64,000 nucleotides of DNA. Source: Phascolarctobacterium sp. Lineage in GTDB: Bacteria > Bacillota > Negativicutes > Acidaminococcales > Acidaminococcaceae. Both the position numbers and the translations under genes were made by a program. The notes under the pieces are model-generated. The model had not been told where the DNA came from, made no database searches, and worked only from the letters and a program-made list of their open reading frames with translations. Positions 42,996 through 53,019 of the stretch are shown here, piece after piece. The stretch is from NCBI GenBank assembly GCA_003150755.1, contig QAMT01000023.1, positions 85,474 through 149,473 of the forward strand. The letters are read 5' to 3'. How positions within the stretch are numbered: position 1 is the first letter of the stretch; each line of letters starts with the position of its first letter.

Positions 42996-45674
42996 ATGAA
43001 ATTCTACCTGGAATCTGTGGAGAATACTTTTAAAGAAGTTTCTTCCAATCCAAACGGCCTCACAACCCAGGAGGCTGAAGCAAGACTTCAAAAGTATGGC
43101 AAGAACAAACTTGCCGAGGGTAAAAAAGTTACCCTGCTGCAGCGCTTTTTAGCGCAGCTGTCTGACCCGATGTTAATCATCCTGATGGTAGCAGCAGTCG
43201 TATCCGGTATCACAAACTATCTCTCTGGTGAATCACCGGTCGACGTCTTTATCATCATGTTTGTTGTTATTTTAAACTCGGTTCTCGGCGTTATCCAGGA
43301 AAGCAAGGCTGAAAAAGCCATTGAAGCTTTGAAGGAAATGTCCGCAGCAACCTCTAAGGTTTACCGCGACGGCAGCCTTATCACCATCAAGAGCGAAGAC
43401 CTCGTTCCCGGCGACGTTATCGCACTTGAAGCAGGCGACGCTGTTCCTGCCGATTCCCGTATTATCGAATGCGCCAGCCTGAAGGTTGAAGAAGCAGCCC
43501 TCACCGGCGAATCCGTACCGGTTAACAAAAAGGTTGATACCCTGACCACCGGTGACGAAAAAGACGTTCCGCTGGGCGACCGCAAAAACATGCTTTATAA
43601 CGGCACGGCTGTTGTATATGGCCGCGGCAAAGCTGTTGTTGTAGGCACAGGCATGGATACTGAAATGGGTAAAATCGCTACCGCAATCACCGAAGCAAGC
43701 GAAGGCGAAACCCCGCTTCAGAAGAAACTGAGCCAGCTCAGTAAAATTCTTACCTACATGGTACTTGTCATCTGCGTATTTATCTTTGCATTCAGCGTAT
43801 GGCGCGCCGACGCTATTGACACCCGCCTGGTACAGGATTCCTTCATGGTTGCAGTAAGCCTTGCAGTTGCAGCTATCCCGGAAGGCCTGGCCGCAGTTGT
43901 TACCATCGTGCTTTCCATCGGCGTTACCAAAATGTCCAAACGCCATGCAGTTATCCGCAAACTGACCGCAGTTGAAACCCTGGGCTGCACCGAAATTATC
44001 TGCTCTGATAAAACCGGTACTTTGACCCAGAACAAAATGACGGTTGTTGACCATTTCCATTTCACCAAAGACCGTCCGTATCTGGCAAAAGCCATGAGCC
44101 TTTGCTGCGATGCTGAAATTGACGACAACGGCAAAGTTACCGGCGAACCTACCGAGGCTGCGCTCGTAACCTATTCCTACACCGTCGGCAACCCGAAAAA
44201 CAAGCTGGTTCCGGAATATCCGCGTATCGGCGAAGCTCCGTTCGACTCCGTAAGAAAGATGATGTCTACGGTTCACGAACGTCTGAACAAAGAATACCTC
44301 AAACTCCCTGGCGTCTGCGATTATGTACAGTTCACCAAGGGCGCGCCGGGCGAAGTATTAAGGCTCTGCACGCATTACCTTGATGAAAACAGCGTTATCA
44401 GGCCTATGACCGACGATAAACGCGAACTTATCCAGAGCCACATCAGCCGCATGGCTAACAACGCACTGCGCGTACTGGCCTGCGCAAAACGCGAATACGA
44501 AAAACCGCCTACGGACTTCAGCCCGGAAGCACTTGAACATGATTTGATTTTCGTTGGTATTACCGGCATGATTGACCCGGTTCGCCCCGAAGTTGTTGAC
44601 GCTATCAAAGAATGCCATAACGCAGGCATCCGCCCGGTTATGATTACCGGCGACCACATCGACACCGCTGTTGCCATTGCTAAAGAACTGGGCATTGTTA
44701 AAGATGCCAGCCAGGCAATTACCGGCGCACAGCTTAATGAAATCAGCGACGAAGAATTCAACGGCGGCGCTGTTGAAAAATACTCCGTATATGCACGTGT
44801 ACAGCCTGAACATAAGGTACGTATCGTAAAAGCTTGGCAGGCACGCGGCAAAGTAACCGCTATGACCGGCGACGGCGTAAACGATGCACCTTCCATTAAA
44901 AACGCTGATATCGGTATCGGCATGGGCATTACCGGCACCGACGTTACCAAGAACGTTGCCGATATGGTACTGGCCGACGATAACTTTGCAACCATCGTTG
45001 CAGCCGTTGAAGAAGGCCGCCGCATTTACGACAACATCCGTAAATCCATTCAGTTCCTGCTTTCTTCCAACCTTTCCGAAGTTATCAGTATTTTCGTAGC
45101 TACAATGATGGGCTTTACCATCCTGCTTCCTATCCACCTGTTGTGGATTAACCTCATTACCGACGCTTTCCCGGCACTTGCACTGGGCATGGAAAAAGGC
45201 GAAGCCGATATTATGAAACGCAAACCGCGTTCTTCCAACGAAGGTATTTTTGCCGGCGGCATGGGCTTCGATTGCTTCTATCAGGGCATAATGCTGGCAG
45301 GTGTAACGCTGGTATCCTACTTTGTAGGCCACTATGTTGAATCCGGACGTTGGGAAATTGTAGACAGCCTTGACGGTATGACCATGGCGTTCATTACCCT
45401 GGCAATGGCCGAAATCTTCCACTCCTTCAACATGCGTTCCCAGCACAGGTCCATTTTCAGCGCCAAAGGGCACAACCCTTACCTGTATGCTTCCATGATT
45501 TTCTCTCTGGTACTCAGCACCGGTATCGTTTACATGCCTGTTATCTCTGATATGTTCAAATTCCAGCATATCTCCTTTGAAGAATACTTCATCGCAATGA
45601 GCATGGCTTTCTCGGTAATTCCTATCGTAGAAATCGTAAAATTCATTCAGCGCAAACTTCGCCATCAGGCATAA
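42996..45674 (+). CDS. P-type cation-transporting ATPase, Ca2+/Mn2+ (P2A/PMR1/YloB-like)
   Basis: 892 aa from the ATG at 42996 (SD AAGGGAGG). Motifs TGES, CSDKTGTLTQN, MITGDH, TGDGVNDAPS; 10-TM layout. The track start at 42951 lies inside the leader RNA. Confidence 0.9.
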   Translation: MKFYLESVENTFKEVSSNPNGLTTQEAEARLQKYGKNKLAEGKKVTLLQRFLAQLSDPMLIILMVAAVVSGITNYLSGESPVDVFIIMFVVILNSVLGVIQESKAEKAIEALKEMSAATSKVYRDGSLITIKSEDLVPGDVIALEAGDAVPADSRIIECASLKVEEAALTGESVPVNKKVDTLTTGDEKDVPLGDRKNMLYNGTAVVYGRGKAVVVGTGMDTEMGKIATAITEASEGETPLQKKLSQLSKILTYMVLVICVFIFAFSVWRADAIDTRLVQDSFMVAVSLAVAAIPEGLAAVVTIVLSIGVTKMSKRHAVIRKLTAVETLGCTEIICSDKTGTLTQNKMTVVDHFHFTKDRPYLAKAMSLCCDAEIDDNGKVTGEPTEAALVTYSYTVGNPKNKLVPEYPRIGEAPFDSVRKMMSTVHERLNKEYLKLPGVCDYVQFTKGAPGEVLRLCTHYLDENSVIRPMTDDKRELIQSHISRMANNALRVLACAKREYEKPPTDFSPEALEHDLIFVGITGMIDPVRPEVVDAIKECHNAGIRPVMITGDHIDTAVAIAKELGIVKDASQAITGAQLNEISDEEFNGGAVEKYSVYARVQPEHKVRIVKAWQARGKVTAMTGDGVNDAPSIKNADIGIGMGITGTDVTKNVADMVLADDNFATIVAAVEEGRRIYDNIRKSIQFLLSSNLSEVISIFVATMMGFTILLPIHLLWINLITDAFPALALGMEKGEADIMKRKPRSSNEGIFAGGMGFDCFYQGIMLAGVTLVSYFVGHYVESGRWEIVDSLDGMTMAFITLAMAEIFHSFNMRSQHRSIFSAKGHNPYLYASMIFSLVLSTGIVYMPVISDMFKFQHISFEEYFIAMSMAFSVIPIVEIVKFIQRKLRHQA

Positions 45675-45697
45675 TCGCTGATAAAGCGCTAAACTTT

Positions 45698-45732
45698 AAA
45701 GCGGTATGGCAAAACGCCATACCGCTTTTTTG
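45698..45732 (+). terminator. Terminator after the P-type ATPase gene
   Basis: gcggtatggc-aaaac-gccataccgc followed by TTTTTTG. Confidence 0.8.
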
Positions 45733-45914
45733 TACGCTTATTTTAAAGGTAATCTTAAGCAGTTTGCAGTGATGAAATAACATTTTTATAACTCAACAGC
45801 TTATAAATATTTAGCAGCATATACCCTCTGCATCGCTATAATTTGCCTGTGAGCGGTTTTATATGGCAAAGAAGAAAAAGTTACACGCGGGCGTACTATA
45901 AACGCCATAGAAGC

Positions 45915-45955
45915 AAAATAAGCCGCCTTCAAATAATGAAGGCGGCTTATTTTTA
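45915..45955. terminator. Terminator after the sugar-operon isomerase gene (bidirectional-looking)
   Basis: aataagccgccttca-aataa-tgaaggcggcttatt flanked by A-run and T-run. Confidence 0.75.
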
Positions 45956-45968
45956 CTTATTTATGTTT

Positions 45969-46739
45969 TTACTTGACTATTTCTTCAAGTTTGGCAAGGC
46001 TTTCTGCTACCATGCCATACTGATTAATTGCAGCGTATTCGCAAACCTGTGTAGCCTGCGGTGCATATTTTTTAAGAGCGCTGAAATATTCAGCCCAATA
46101 AATATTGCCGCTGCCTACCGGCAAATGGCTGTCTGCCGTACCGTCATTATCATGAATATGCACACCGACAAGCTTCGTATTTAAATCACGTAGCACATCG
46201 CTCAAATTCCAGCCGTTAACATGCGCATGACCGGTATCAAGCAGCGCTGCTGCCTGCGGAAAACGTTTAAAGAGCCCTAAATATTCCTCGTATTCAAACA
46301 ACAGCGTACCGGTAGTACGCAAGCCTACATTTTCAAGGACAACTGTCACACCGTATTTCTCAGCCAGTTTCAGCAGCTTTTCAATGCGCCCGCATACAAG
46401 TTCCTGCACCGCCAGTTTTTCTTCTGCCATGCGCCAGGCTTCGTTGCTGTGTACCACTACAAAGGCCGCATTGATTTTAGCTGCATACGCAAAAGTTTTT
46501 TCGTATACATCAAGATACGCCGTATCATTCGGGTCAGCAAGGTTTACTGCAACGCACGGGCCATGGATGCTGAAGCGGCGAGTTACACCGTCGCGTTCTT
46601 TTAAATCCTTCAAAATATAATCCCAATAATGGTCAGTACCGAATTCGTAAAAAATTTCAATGTCATACTGCATCGGTAAATTTTTTAAAAATGCTTTGCT
46701 AAAGCTGCCAAACGGCAAATCACTTACAGAAAATTTCAT
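45969..46739 (-). CDS. Sugar phosphate isomerase/epimerase (xylose-isomerase-like TIM barrel)
   Basis: 256 aa. AP-endonuclease-2/TIM-barrel pattern (VVHS, VVLEN, DTGHA, HIHDND). Confidence 0.7.
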   Translation of the reverse strand: MKFSVSDLPFGSFSKAFLKNLPMQYDIEIFYEFGTDHYWDYILKDLKERDGVTRRFSIHGPCVAVNLADPNDTAYLDVYEKTFAYAAKINAAFVVVHSNEAWRMAEEKLAVQELVCGRIEKLLKLAEKYGVTVVLENVGLRTTGTLLFEYEEYLGLFKRFPQAAALLDTGHAHVNGWNLSDVLRDLNTKLVGVHIHDNDGTADSHLPVGSGNIYWAEYFSALKKYAPQATQVCEYAAINQYGMVAESLAKLEEIVK

Positions 46740-47821
46740 TTTATAATCTCACCCTTTTGTACATAACCAATATTTGCTTTTGTTTCTGCATCAAACAGAC
46801 TTGCTTCATCCCAGTTGAAATCAAGGCTGATGTTGCCGCTTATTTCTTTACCAATGCCAGGCAGCGTAACAAAAATTGTTTCTCCATTAGCTTCAACAGT
46901 TAAAGTGCGCTGGTTGCCGGTATTTTCCTGATAACTTACGTTGCCCTTAATTTTACCGTTAGCAGAAGGAGTTAAATGCTCCGGCCTGATGCCGATGAGG
47001 ACATTATTGCGCCCTGCCAGTACCTTTTGCCAAAGTTCCGGAACGTCGCTGACTACATCGCCAATTTTCATTTTGCCGCTGCTGTAATAACCGGTAATGA
47101 TATTCATTGCAGGAGAACCAATAAAACCTGCTACAAAAGTATTTGCTGGATGATGATAAATCACGTCAGGAGTGCCGGCCTGCTGCAAAATGCCATCCCG
47201 CATTACAACAATACGGTTAGCAACCGTCATAGCTTCAATCTGGTCATGCGTTACATAAATCATCGTCGGTTTATAAATTTCGTGAATACGGACCAGTTCC
47301 GTCCTTGCCTGCTGACGGAGCTGCGCATCAAGATTGGAAAGAGGTTCATCCAGCAAAAAGTACGGAGATTGCTTAACAAGAGCCCTGCACAAAGCAACCC
47401 TTTGTTTCTGCCCGCCGCTGAGCTCTTTCGGTTTATGGTTTTCGTAGCCCTGCAAATTCAAAATTTTCAAGGCTTCCGTAGTACGTCTTTTTATCTCATC
47501 TTCCGGCAGTTTTTGAATCTTCAGCCCAAAGGTAATGTTATCCCATACGGAAAGATGCGGAAACAGCGCATAGCTTTGGAATACCATCGCCACATTGCGT
47601 TCTCCGGGCGGAACATCGTTAATGACCCTGCCGCCCATAATAAGCTCGCCGCTGGTAATTTCTTCCAACCCTGCAATCATACGCAAAGTTGTTGTTTTGC
47701 CGCAGCCGGAAGGCCCCAATAAAATAAGCCTTTCTCCTTCTTTTATTTCCAGATTCAGTGATTTTACAATTTTAGCGTCGCCGTAGGATTTGCAGACATT
47801 ATTGAAAACTATGCTATTCAT
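46736..47821 (-). CDS. Carbohydrate ABC transporter ATP-binding protein (MalK/UgpC/MsmK type)
   Basis: 361 aa. GPSGCGKTT, LSGGQKQRVAL, FLLDEPLSNLD and a C-terminal TOBE-like domain. Confidence 0.9.
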   Translation of the reverse strand: MNSIVFNNVCKSYGDAKIVKSLNLEIKEGERLILLGPSGCGKTTTLRMIAGLEEITSGELIMGGRVINDVPPGERNVAMVFQSYALFPHLSVWDNITFGLKIQKLPEDEIKRRTTEALKILNLQGYENHKPKELSGGQKQRVALCRALVKQSPYFLLDEPLSNLDAQLRQQARTELVRIHEIYKPTMIYVTHDQIEAMTVANRIVVMRDGILQQAGTPDVIYHHPANTFVAGFIGSPAMNIITGYYSSGKMKIGDVVSDVPELWQKVLAGRNNVLIGIRPEHLTPSANGKIKGNVSYQENTGNQRTLTVEANGETIFVTLPGIGKEISGNISLDFNWDEASLFDAETKANIGYVQKGEIIK

Positions 47822-47823
47822 TA

Positions 47824-48648
47824 TTAACCTTTAACCCCCGATTGCATAAATGTATTAAGGATAAATTTCTGGCAGAACACATACAGAACCAGCGGCGGCA
47901 AACTTGTCAGCACGGCAACAGCCATGGCAATGCCCCATTCGCTGCCGCCCTCGGCGCTGATAAACATTTGCAGCGCCAGAGGAAGGGTATACATATCCTT
48001 GTCCTGCAAAACAAGCAGCGGCCAGAAATATTCGTTCCACGAATTGATAAAGAACAAAATAGCTACTGCGATGACAGAAGGTTTAATCAATGGAAAAATT
48101 ACGCGGCGTAAAATTACAAACGGTTTAGCGCCGTCAAGAATTGCCGCCTCAAGCAGTGCTTTCGGAATACCACGCATTGTCTGACGCATTAGAAAAATAC
48201 CCATGCCATCGGCAAAAGCCGGAAGCATTACGCCGAGCGGATGATTTAAAAGATTCATCTTACTCATAAACAGATAGTTAGGCATAATCAGCACCGTAAC
48301 CGGAATAAAAAACGTCAGCAGCATGCTGTTGAAAATCGTTTCTTTGTATTTAAAGTCATAATAGATAAAGGCAAATGCCGCCAGAATACTGGTAATAACT
48401 TTCATGGCAGTAGTGCCTGCGGCGATGATAAAAGTATTGTAAATATAGGTCAGCAGCGGGAAATCTTCCAGCACTGTCGTATAGTTAGCCAAAGTTGGCG
48501 GAAACGGCAGCGGATTCAGCGTAGCCCTGAAAATCTGGTCCATATCTTTCAAAGAAGTGGATATCATAAAAACAATCGGCCACAGCTGAATAAAAACTGC
48601 AATTAAAAGCGGAATATGCCACAAATACTCTTTTTTATCAGTTTTCAT
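47824..48648 (-). CDS. Carbohydrate ABC transporter permease (CUT1 family, MalG/UgpE-like)
   Basis: 274 aa, 6 TM segments, EAA loop (LLEAAILDGAKPFVILRRVIFPL). Confidence 0.85.
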   Translation of the reverse strand: MKTDKKEYLWHIPLLIAVFIQLWPIVFMISTSLKDMDQIFRATLNPLPFPPTLANYTTVLEDFPLLTYIYNTFIIAAGTTAMKVITSILAAFAFIYYDFKYKETIFNSMLLTFFIPVTVLIMPNYLFMSKMNLLNHPLGVMLPAFADGMGIFLMRQTMRGIPKALLEAAILDGAKPFVILRRVIFPLIKPSVIAVAILFFINSWNEYFWPLLVLQDKDMYTLPLALQMFISAEGGSEWGIAMAVAVLTSLPPLVLYVFCQKFILNTFMQSGVKG

Positions 48649-49516
48649 AATATACCTTCTTCTCTAAATATTTAGTCCTGAATAGCAGGAACGCTATATA
48701 GCAAACCATTGTAATAATGGCAAAAGCAGCTGATTTACCGGTTTGGAAAAATACAAACGCATACTGGTAAATGATGTATACCAGATTTGAACTGCCCTGG
48801 TCAGGCCCGCCCTGCGTCAGCATATTTACCGGTACCAGCACATATTGAAGCCCGAATACCACTGTAATCGTAAAAACATAAATTGCAGTAGAAGATGTCA
48901 TCGGCACAATAATCTGCTTGAAAATCTGCCAGTTGCTGGCATTTTCCAGCTTGGCTGCTTCAATCATTTCTTTAGGAACAGCAAGCATGGCTGCAAGCAT
49001 TACAATAAGGTTATAACCAAAAACCTTCCAGCCAATAATAGTGCAGATAGCAAAAATTACAAGCCAGTTTTCTTTAAACCAGCGCGGCGATTCTATATCA
49101 AACCACGAAAGCACTATGCTCAGCGGACCTGCCAGCGGATTATAAATCCACAGGAACAAAATACTTGCAACCGCCAGAGATAATGTTGCAGGCATAAATA
49201 ACGTTGAACGGTAAAAGCCCTTACCGTGCTCAATTAAATGCCCAAGCACAAACGAGAACAGGTAGGGCAGCACAAAGTTAAGCACCAGCATAATTGCAAC
49301 AAATACAACAGTATTGATAAGTATTTTAACAAGTTCCTCGCTGCCTAAAACAGCGGTATAGTTTTCAAGGCCGACAAATTTCATTGTGGGGCTGACCATA
49401 TTCCAGCTGAAAAAGCTTAAATACAGATTTTGCAGCAGCGGCCAGTATGAAAACACTGCAAAAAAGAAAATGCTTGGCAGCAAAAATAAAAAGGCATGCC
49501 ATTTATTCTTTTCCAT
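48638..49516 (-). CDS. Carbohydrate ABC transporter permease (CUT1 family, MalF/UgpA-like)
   Basis: 292 aa, 6 TM segments, EAA loop (MIEAAKLENASNWQIFKQIIVP). Confidence 0.85.
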   Translation of the reverse strand: MEKNKWHAFLFLLPSIFFFAVFSYWPLLQNLYLSFFSWNMVSPTMKFVGLENYTAVLGSEELVKILINTVVFVAIMLVLNFVLPYLFSFVLGHLIEHGKGFYRSTLFMPATLSLAVASILFLWIYNPLAGPLSIVLSWFDIESPRWFKENWLVIFAICTIIGWKVFGYNLIVMLAAMLAVPKEMIEAAKLENASNWQIFKQIIVPMTSSTAIYVFTITVVFGLQYVLVPVNMLTQGGPDQGSSNLVYIIYQYAFVFFQTGKSAAFAIITMVCYIAFLLFRTKYLEKKVYYEN

Positions 49517-49540
49517 TTTTTCTTCTCCTTTAGTTAAAAA

Positions 49541-49569
49541 TCAGGCTGCCGCAGAAAGCAGCAGCCTGA
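49541..49569 (-). promoter_or_regulatory. Intercistronic stem-loop after the binding-protein gene (partial terminator or mRNA stabiliser)
   Basis: tcaggctgc-N11-gcagcctga followed on the minus strand by TTTTTAAC. It lies between the SBP stop and the first permease start. Confidence 0.45.
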
Positions 49570-49586
49570 AGTTTATCGTCCTGATA

Positions 49587-50897
49587 TTACATCAGTGCGT
49601 TAATTTTTTCTGCGGTTTCATGCAGAGCCTGCGCAGCAGATTCTTTGCCGCTCAGGATAATGTCGCGGGCATCAATGAGAAGCTGTTCAGCCTGAAGTCC
49701 GTTAGCACCAGGGAAACTTGCCCAGGGAACAAGGTTAGGCATTAAGGAAAGGGCAACCTGTACGTTTTTGTTGGTATCAACAAGTTTCTTAAAGCCGTTC
49801 GGGTCGTTTTCTACACCTTTGCGAGGAGGCAGATAGCCGGTGCCAGTGCTCCATTTCAAAAGAGCTTCAGGAGATTCCAAGTATTTGATAAATTCAACGG
49901 CAGCCTGTTTTTTAGCATCATCGGTAGAGAATACCATCAGGAAATTGCCGCCAGCCGGAACTTTAAGCTCTTTGCCTTCGAATACAGGGAACGGAGCAGC
50001 CATTACTTCAAAATTAGCACTCTTTTCAAAGTTAGCACGTTTGCCGATAGTGGTGCAAACCATACCGAGCTTGCCGCTGAGGTAAGCCTGGAAGCCTTCT
50101 TCGTTTGTAGCATGCAGACCGCTGCCATCTTTAACCATGTCAGCCAAAAGCTGGTATGCTTCCGCAGCTTCAGGAGTATCGAAGCCTGCTAAAGTTTTGC
50201 CGTCAACCTTTTTCAGCATGCTGCCGCCGTTGGATTCAATAATAGCCTGCTGGGTCCAGTTATCTGCATATTCCTGCATAAAGAAGCCCATGTTGCCGGT
50301 TTTTTCTTTAATCTGTTTGGCAGCGGCTTTAACTTCGTTCCAGGTTTTAGGCGGGTTAGCCGGGTCAAGGCCTGCTGCTTTAAAAATATCCGGGTTGTAA
50401 TAAAGTACCGGTACGCTAATAGAATACGGAACGCCAATCTGTTTTCCGTCGTCAGTTTGTGCCAAAGCCAATACATTAGGCAGGAAGTTATCTTTTAAGA
50501 AGTTAGGGTCTTTAGCGCCTTCAAATGCCTGATTGATGTCCTGATATTTCAGGTTTTCGGCAGCATAGTTAAGGAAAGACCAACCCATCTGGACTACGTC
50601 CGGATTTTTACCGGAAGCGATTGCTGCCTGAAGATTCTGGGTAAGGCCTTTATACATATCCGGATTATATTTTTCTACAACTTCAATATTCGGATGTTTT
50701 TCATTAAAATCTTTAACTAATTCTTTTACAGTTTGTCCGCCAAAGCTTTCAGAAGCAACATGCCAATATTCAATTTGTACTTTTTTGCCGCTGCCGGTAT
50801 CGGCAGATTTGGTGTCACTGCCGCAGCCTGCAAATACTGCTGCGCACATGGTAGCCAGTAAAACACCGGCAATTTTTTTCTTTAAGTTCATTTTCAT
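49587..50897 (-). CDS. Extracellular sugar-binding lipoprotein of the ABC transporter (SBP family 1)
   Basis: 436 aa. Lipobox VFAGC and SBP_bac_1-like sequence. Confidence 0.85.
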   Translation of the reverse strand: MKMNLKKKIAGVLLATMCAAVFAGCGSDTKSADTGSGKKVQIEYWHVASESFGGQTVKELVKDFNEKHPNIEVVEKYNPDMYKGLTQNLQAAIASGKNPDVVQMGWSFLNYAAENLKYQDINQAFEGAKDPNFLKDNFLPNVLALAQTDDGKQIGVPYSISVPVLYYNPDIFKAAGLDPANPPKTWNEVKAAAKQIKEKTGNMGFFMQEYADNWTQQAIIESNGGSMLKKVDGKTLAGFDTPEAAEAYQLLADMVKDGSGLHATNEEGFQAYLSGKLGMVCTTIGKRANFEKSANFEVMAAPFPVFEGKELKVPAGGNFLMVFSTDDAKKQAAVEFIKYLESPEALLKWSTGTGYLPPRKGVENDPNGFKKLVDTNKNVQVALSLMPNLVPWASFPGANGLQAEQLLIDARDIILSGKESAAQALHETAEKINALM

Positions 50898-51100
50898 ACC
50901 CTCCGTAAAATTATTGGTTGCCTGTATAATATCAAGCGAATTTAAAATGTAATATATGTAACAGATTAAATAAAAATAAAATAAATGTAGATTTCGTTAA
51001 GCAAAGGTAAAATTTGTAAAATTTTCTTTACAAAGCTATGTAAACAGACTGAAAATTTTATCACAAAATACTTTAAATGCCCTGCTTTTTCTCTTACTGC

Positions 51101-51149
51101 AATCAAAAATGCACCCCCAAAAGCTTTTTAAAAGCCTTTGAAGGTGCAT
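51101..51149 (-). terminator. Terminator after the TRAP operon; second copy of the repeated hairpin family
   Basis: atgcacccccaaaagcttttt-aaaa-gcctttgaaggtgcat imperfect hairpin followed on the minus strand by TTTTTGATT. Confidence 0.6.
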
Positions 51150-51183
51150 AGCAAAATTGCAAATTTAGTTTTAATTCAAGCCG

Positions 51184-52461
51184 TTATTTTAATACACTCG
51201 GCAGCCAGGTAGCAATTTCCGGGAAGAAGCAGAGGATAAGGATTTCTGCCGCCATAGCAAGGCCGAACGGCACAACGCCTTTGATAATATCCGTCATCCT
51301 GCTGTCCGGGCTGATGCCCTGCAATACAAACAAGTTCATGCCGACAGGAGGCGTAATCAGCGCCAGCTCCAAGTTTAACAGCATTACTACGTTAAACCAA
51401 ATTGGGTCAAAGCCAAGGCGCATAATCAGCGGGAACAGTATCGGCAGTGTAATAAAGATAATGGAAATGGATTCCAGAATGCAGCCGAGGAACAGCAGCA
51501 GAATGTTAATTGCCACAAATACTGCCCAGCGTCCCATGTCAAGCTCGGCAACGTATTCCGTAAGCGCCTGCGGTGCATTTAAAATCGTCAGTACAAAACC
51601 AAACAGGCTTGCGCCAATCATAATGGCAAAAATCATGCAGCTGGTCTGGATTGTATCGCGCAAAATTTCGGGTAAATCCTTAATTGTTAATGTTTTGTAA
51701 ACAAAGAAGGTTATAAACAGGCTGTACACCGTGCCGACACCGGCCGCTTCAGTAGGAGTAAAAGAACCGGTGTAAATGCCGCCGACGACTATAACCGGCA
51801 GCAGCAAGCCCCAAAATGATTTTTTCAGCGAGCTTACGCGCTCATCCCATGAAGCCGCTTCCTGCAAAGGCAAATTGCGCGAACTGTAAACAACAATAGC
51901 TATAAAGATAACTGTCAGCAGCACGCCAGGCACTACGCCGGACATAAACAGTTTTCCGATAGATTCATCGGTAATAGCGCCGTACAAAATCATCGGTATT
52001 GAAGGCGGAATCAAAATGCCCAGCGTACCGCCAGCGGCGACTGTACCTAAAACCAAATGGCGGCTGTAACCACGCGAAAGCATTTCCGGTATAGCGATAG
52101 AACCGATTGTTACGGCACACGCTACGGAAGAACCTGTAATTGCAGCAAAGATAGCGCAGGCAATAACCGTCGCCACGCCAAGCCCGCCCGGCAGATGGCG
52201 CAGCCATTTATTGGCAAGCTCAAACAAGTCGTTGCCAACCTTGCCGGTCAGCAAAATCTGGCTCATTAAAATATACATCGGCACTGCCGTTAAAACAAAA
52301 TCGTCCAGCGATTTATAACCGATAATAGGCAGCTGCGCCAGTGCGCCCTCGCCGCCCAAAAACAGCACCATACCGGCAACGCCCGAAAGCCCGAGCGCAA
52401 AGGCAACCGGCAATCCTGAAAATAATAACACCAGAAGGAGAACAGTAAACATTACAAGCAT
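51184..52461 (-). CDS. TRAP transporter large permease (DctM family)
   Basis: 425 aa, 12 or more TM segments, DctM-like sequence throughout. Confidence 0.9.
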   Translation of the reverse strand: MLVMFTVLLLVLLFSGLPVAFALGLSGVAGMVLFLGGEGALAQLPIIGYKSLDDFVLTAVPMYILMSQILLTGKVGNDLFELANKWLRHLPGGLGVATVIACAIFAAITGSSVACAVTIGSIAIPEMLSRGYSRHLVLGTVAAGGTLGILIPPSIPMILYGAITDESIGKLFMSGVVPGVLLTVIFIAIVVYSSRNLPLQEAASWDERVSSLKKSFWGLLLPVIVVGGIYTGSFTPTEAAGVGTVYSLFITFFVYKTLTIKDLPEILRDTIQTSCMIFAIMIGASLFGFVLTILNAPQALTEYVAELDMGRWAVFVAINILLLFLGCILESISIIFITLPILFPLIMRLGFDPIWFNVVMLLNLELALITPPVGMNLFVLQGISPDSRMTDIIKGVVPFGLAMAAEILILCFFPEIATWLPSVLK

Positions 52462-52462
52462 T

Positions 52463-52987
52463 TTATTTTACCTCCCCTTCAAAATTATTGGCAGCAATTT
52501 TGCTGATATCGTGCAAAAGCGTGCCGATTATCTGCAAAAGCAGCACAAACATGCCAACCGGCAAAGAAAGCTGCGGAATCCACAGCGGCGTGCTTAAAGT
52601 AGTAGGCGCGCAGTTATTGTATTCCAGCGAAAGCTGCATCATTTTCCACGCTTCTACTGTAAAAATAAAGCTGAAATAAATACCGGCAATAGAAGTCAGA
52701 ACCTCAATATAGCAGCGCGTTTTGGCTGATAAATGCGTCAGGATAATATCGACATGGATATGTTTTTTGCCTGCATACGCTACGCCCATGCCCAGAAAGC
52801 CGGCAATAATAATGCAGTAAGTAGAAATTTCCATAACCCATTCAGTCGGTGAGTTGAAAATGTTGCGGGCAACGATTTCATAAACAATCATAAAGCCTGT
52901 CAGCAAAATCAGCGCACCGGCAATAACACCGACCACATTGGTCAGCAGCGCTACAATTTTATCATAAACATTGATAAATGATTTCAC
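52463..52987 (-). CDS. TRAP transporter small permease (DctQ family)
   Basis: 174 aa, 4 TM segments, positioned between the DctP and DctM genes. Confidence 0.8.
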   Translation of the reverse strand: MKSFINVYDKIVALLTNVVGVIAGALILLTGFMIVYEIVARNIFNSPTEWVMEISTYCIIIAGFLGMGVAYAGKKHIHVDIILTHLSAKTRCYIEVLTSIAGIYFSFIFTVEAWKMMQLSLEYNNCAPTTLSTPLWIPQLSLPVGMFVLLLQIIGTLLHDISKIAANNFEGEVK

Positions 52988-53019
52988 GTTAACACTCTCA
53001 TTCCCTTAAAATTTAAGCC

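Noticed and set aside
45835-45955. TATAAT box followed about 75 nt later by a strong hairpin, as a possible second sRNA or a 12-codon mini-ORF (MAKKKKLHAGVL). The track ORF 45843-46184 lies here too.
   Set aside because: There is no acceptable -35 at 16-18 nt and no SD for the mini-ORF. The hairpin is fully explained as the terminator of the convergent sugar-operon gene. The 113-aa track ORF runs antisense into that gene.
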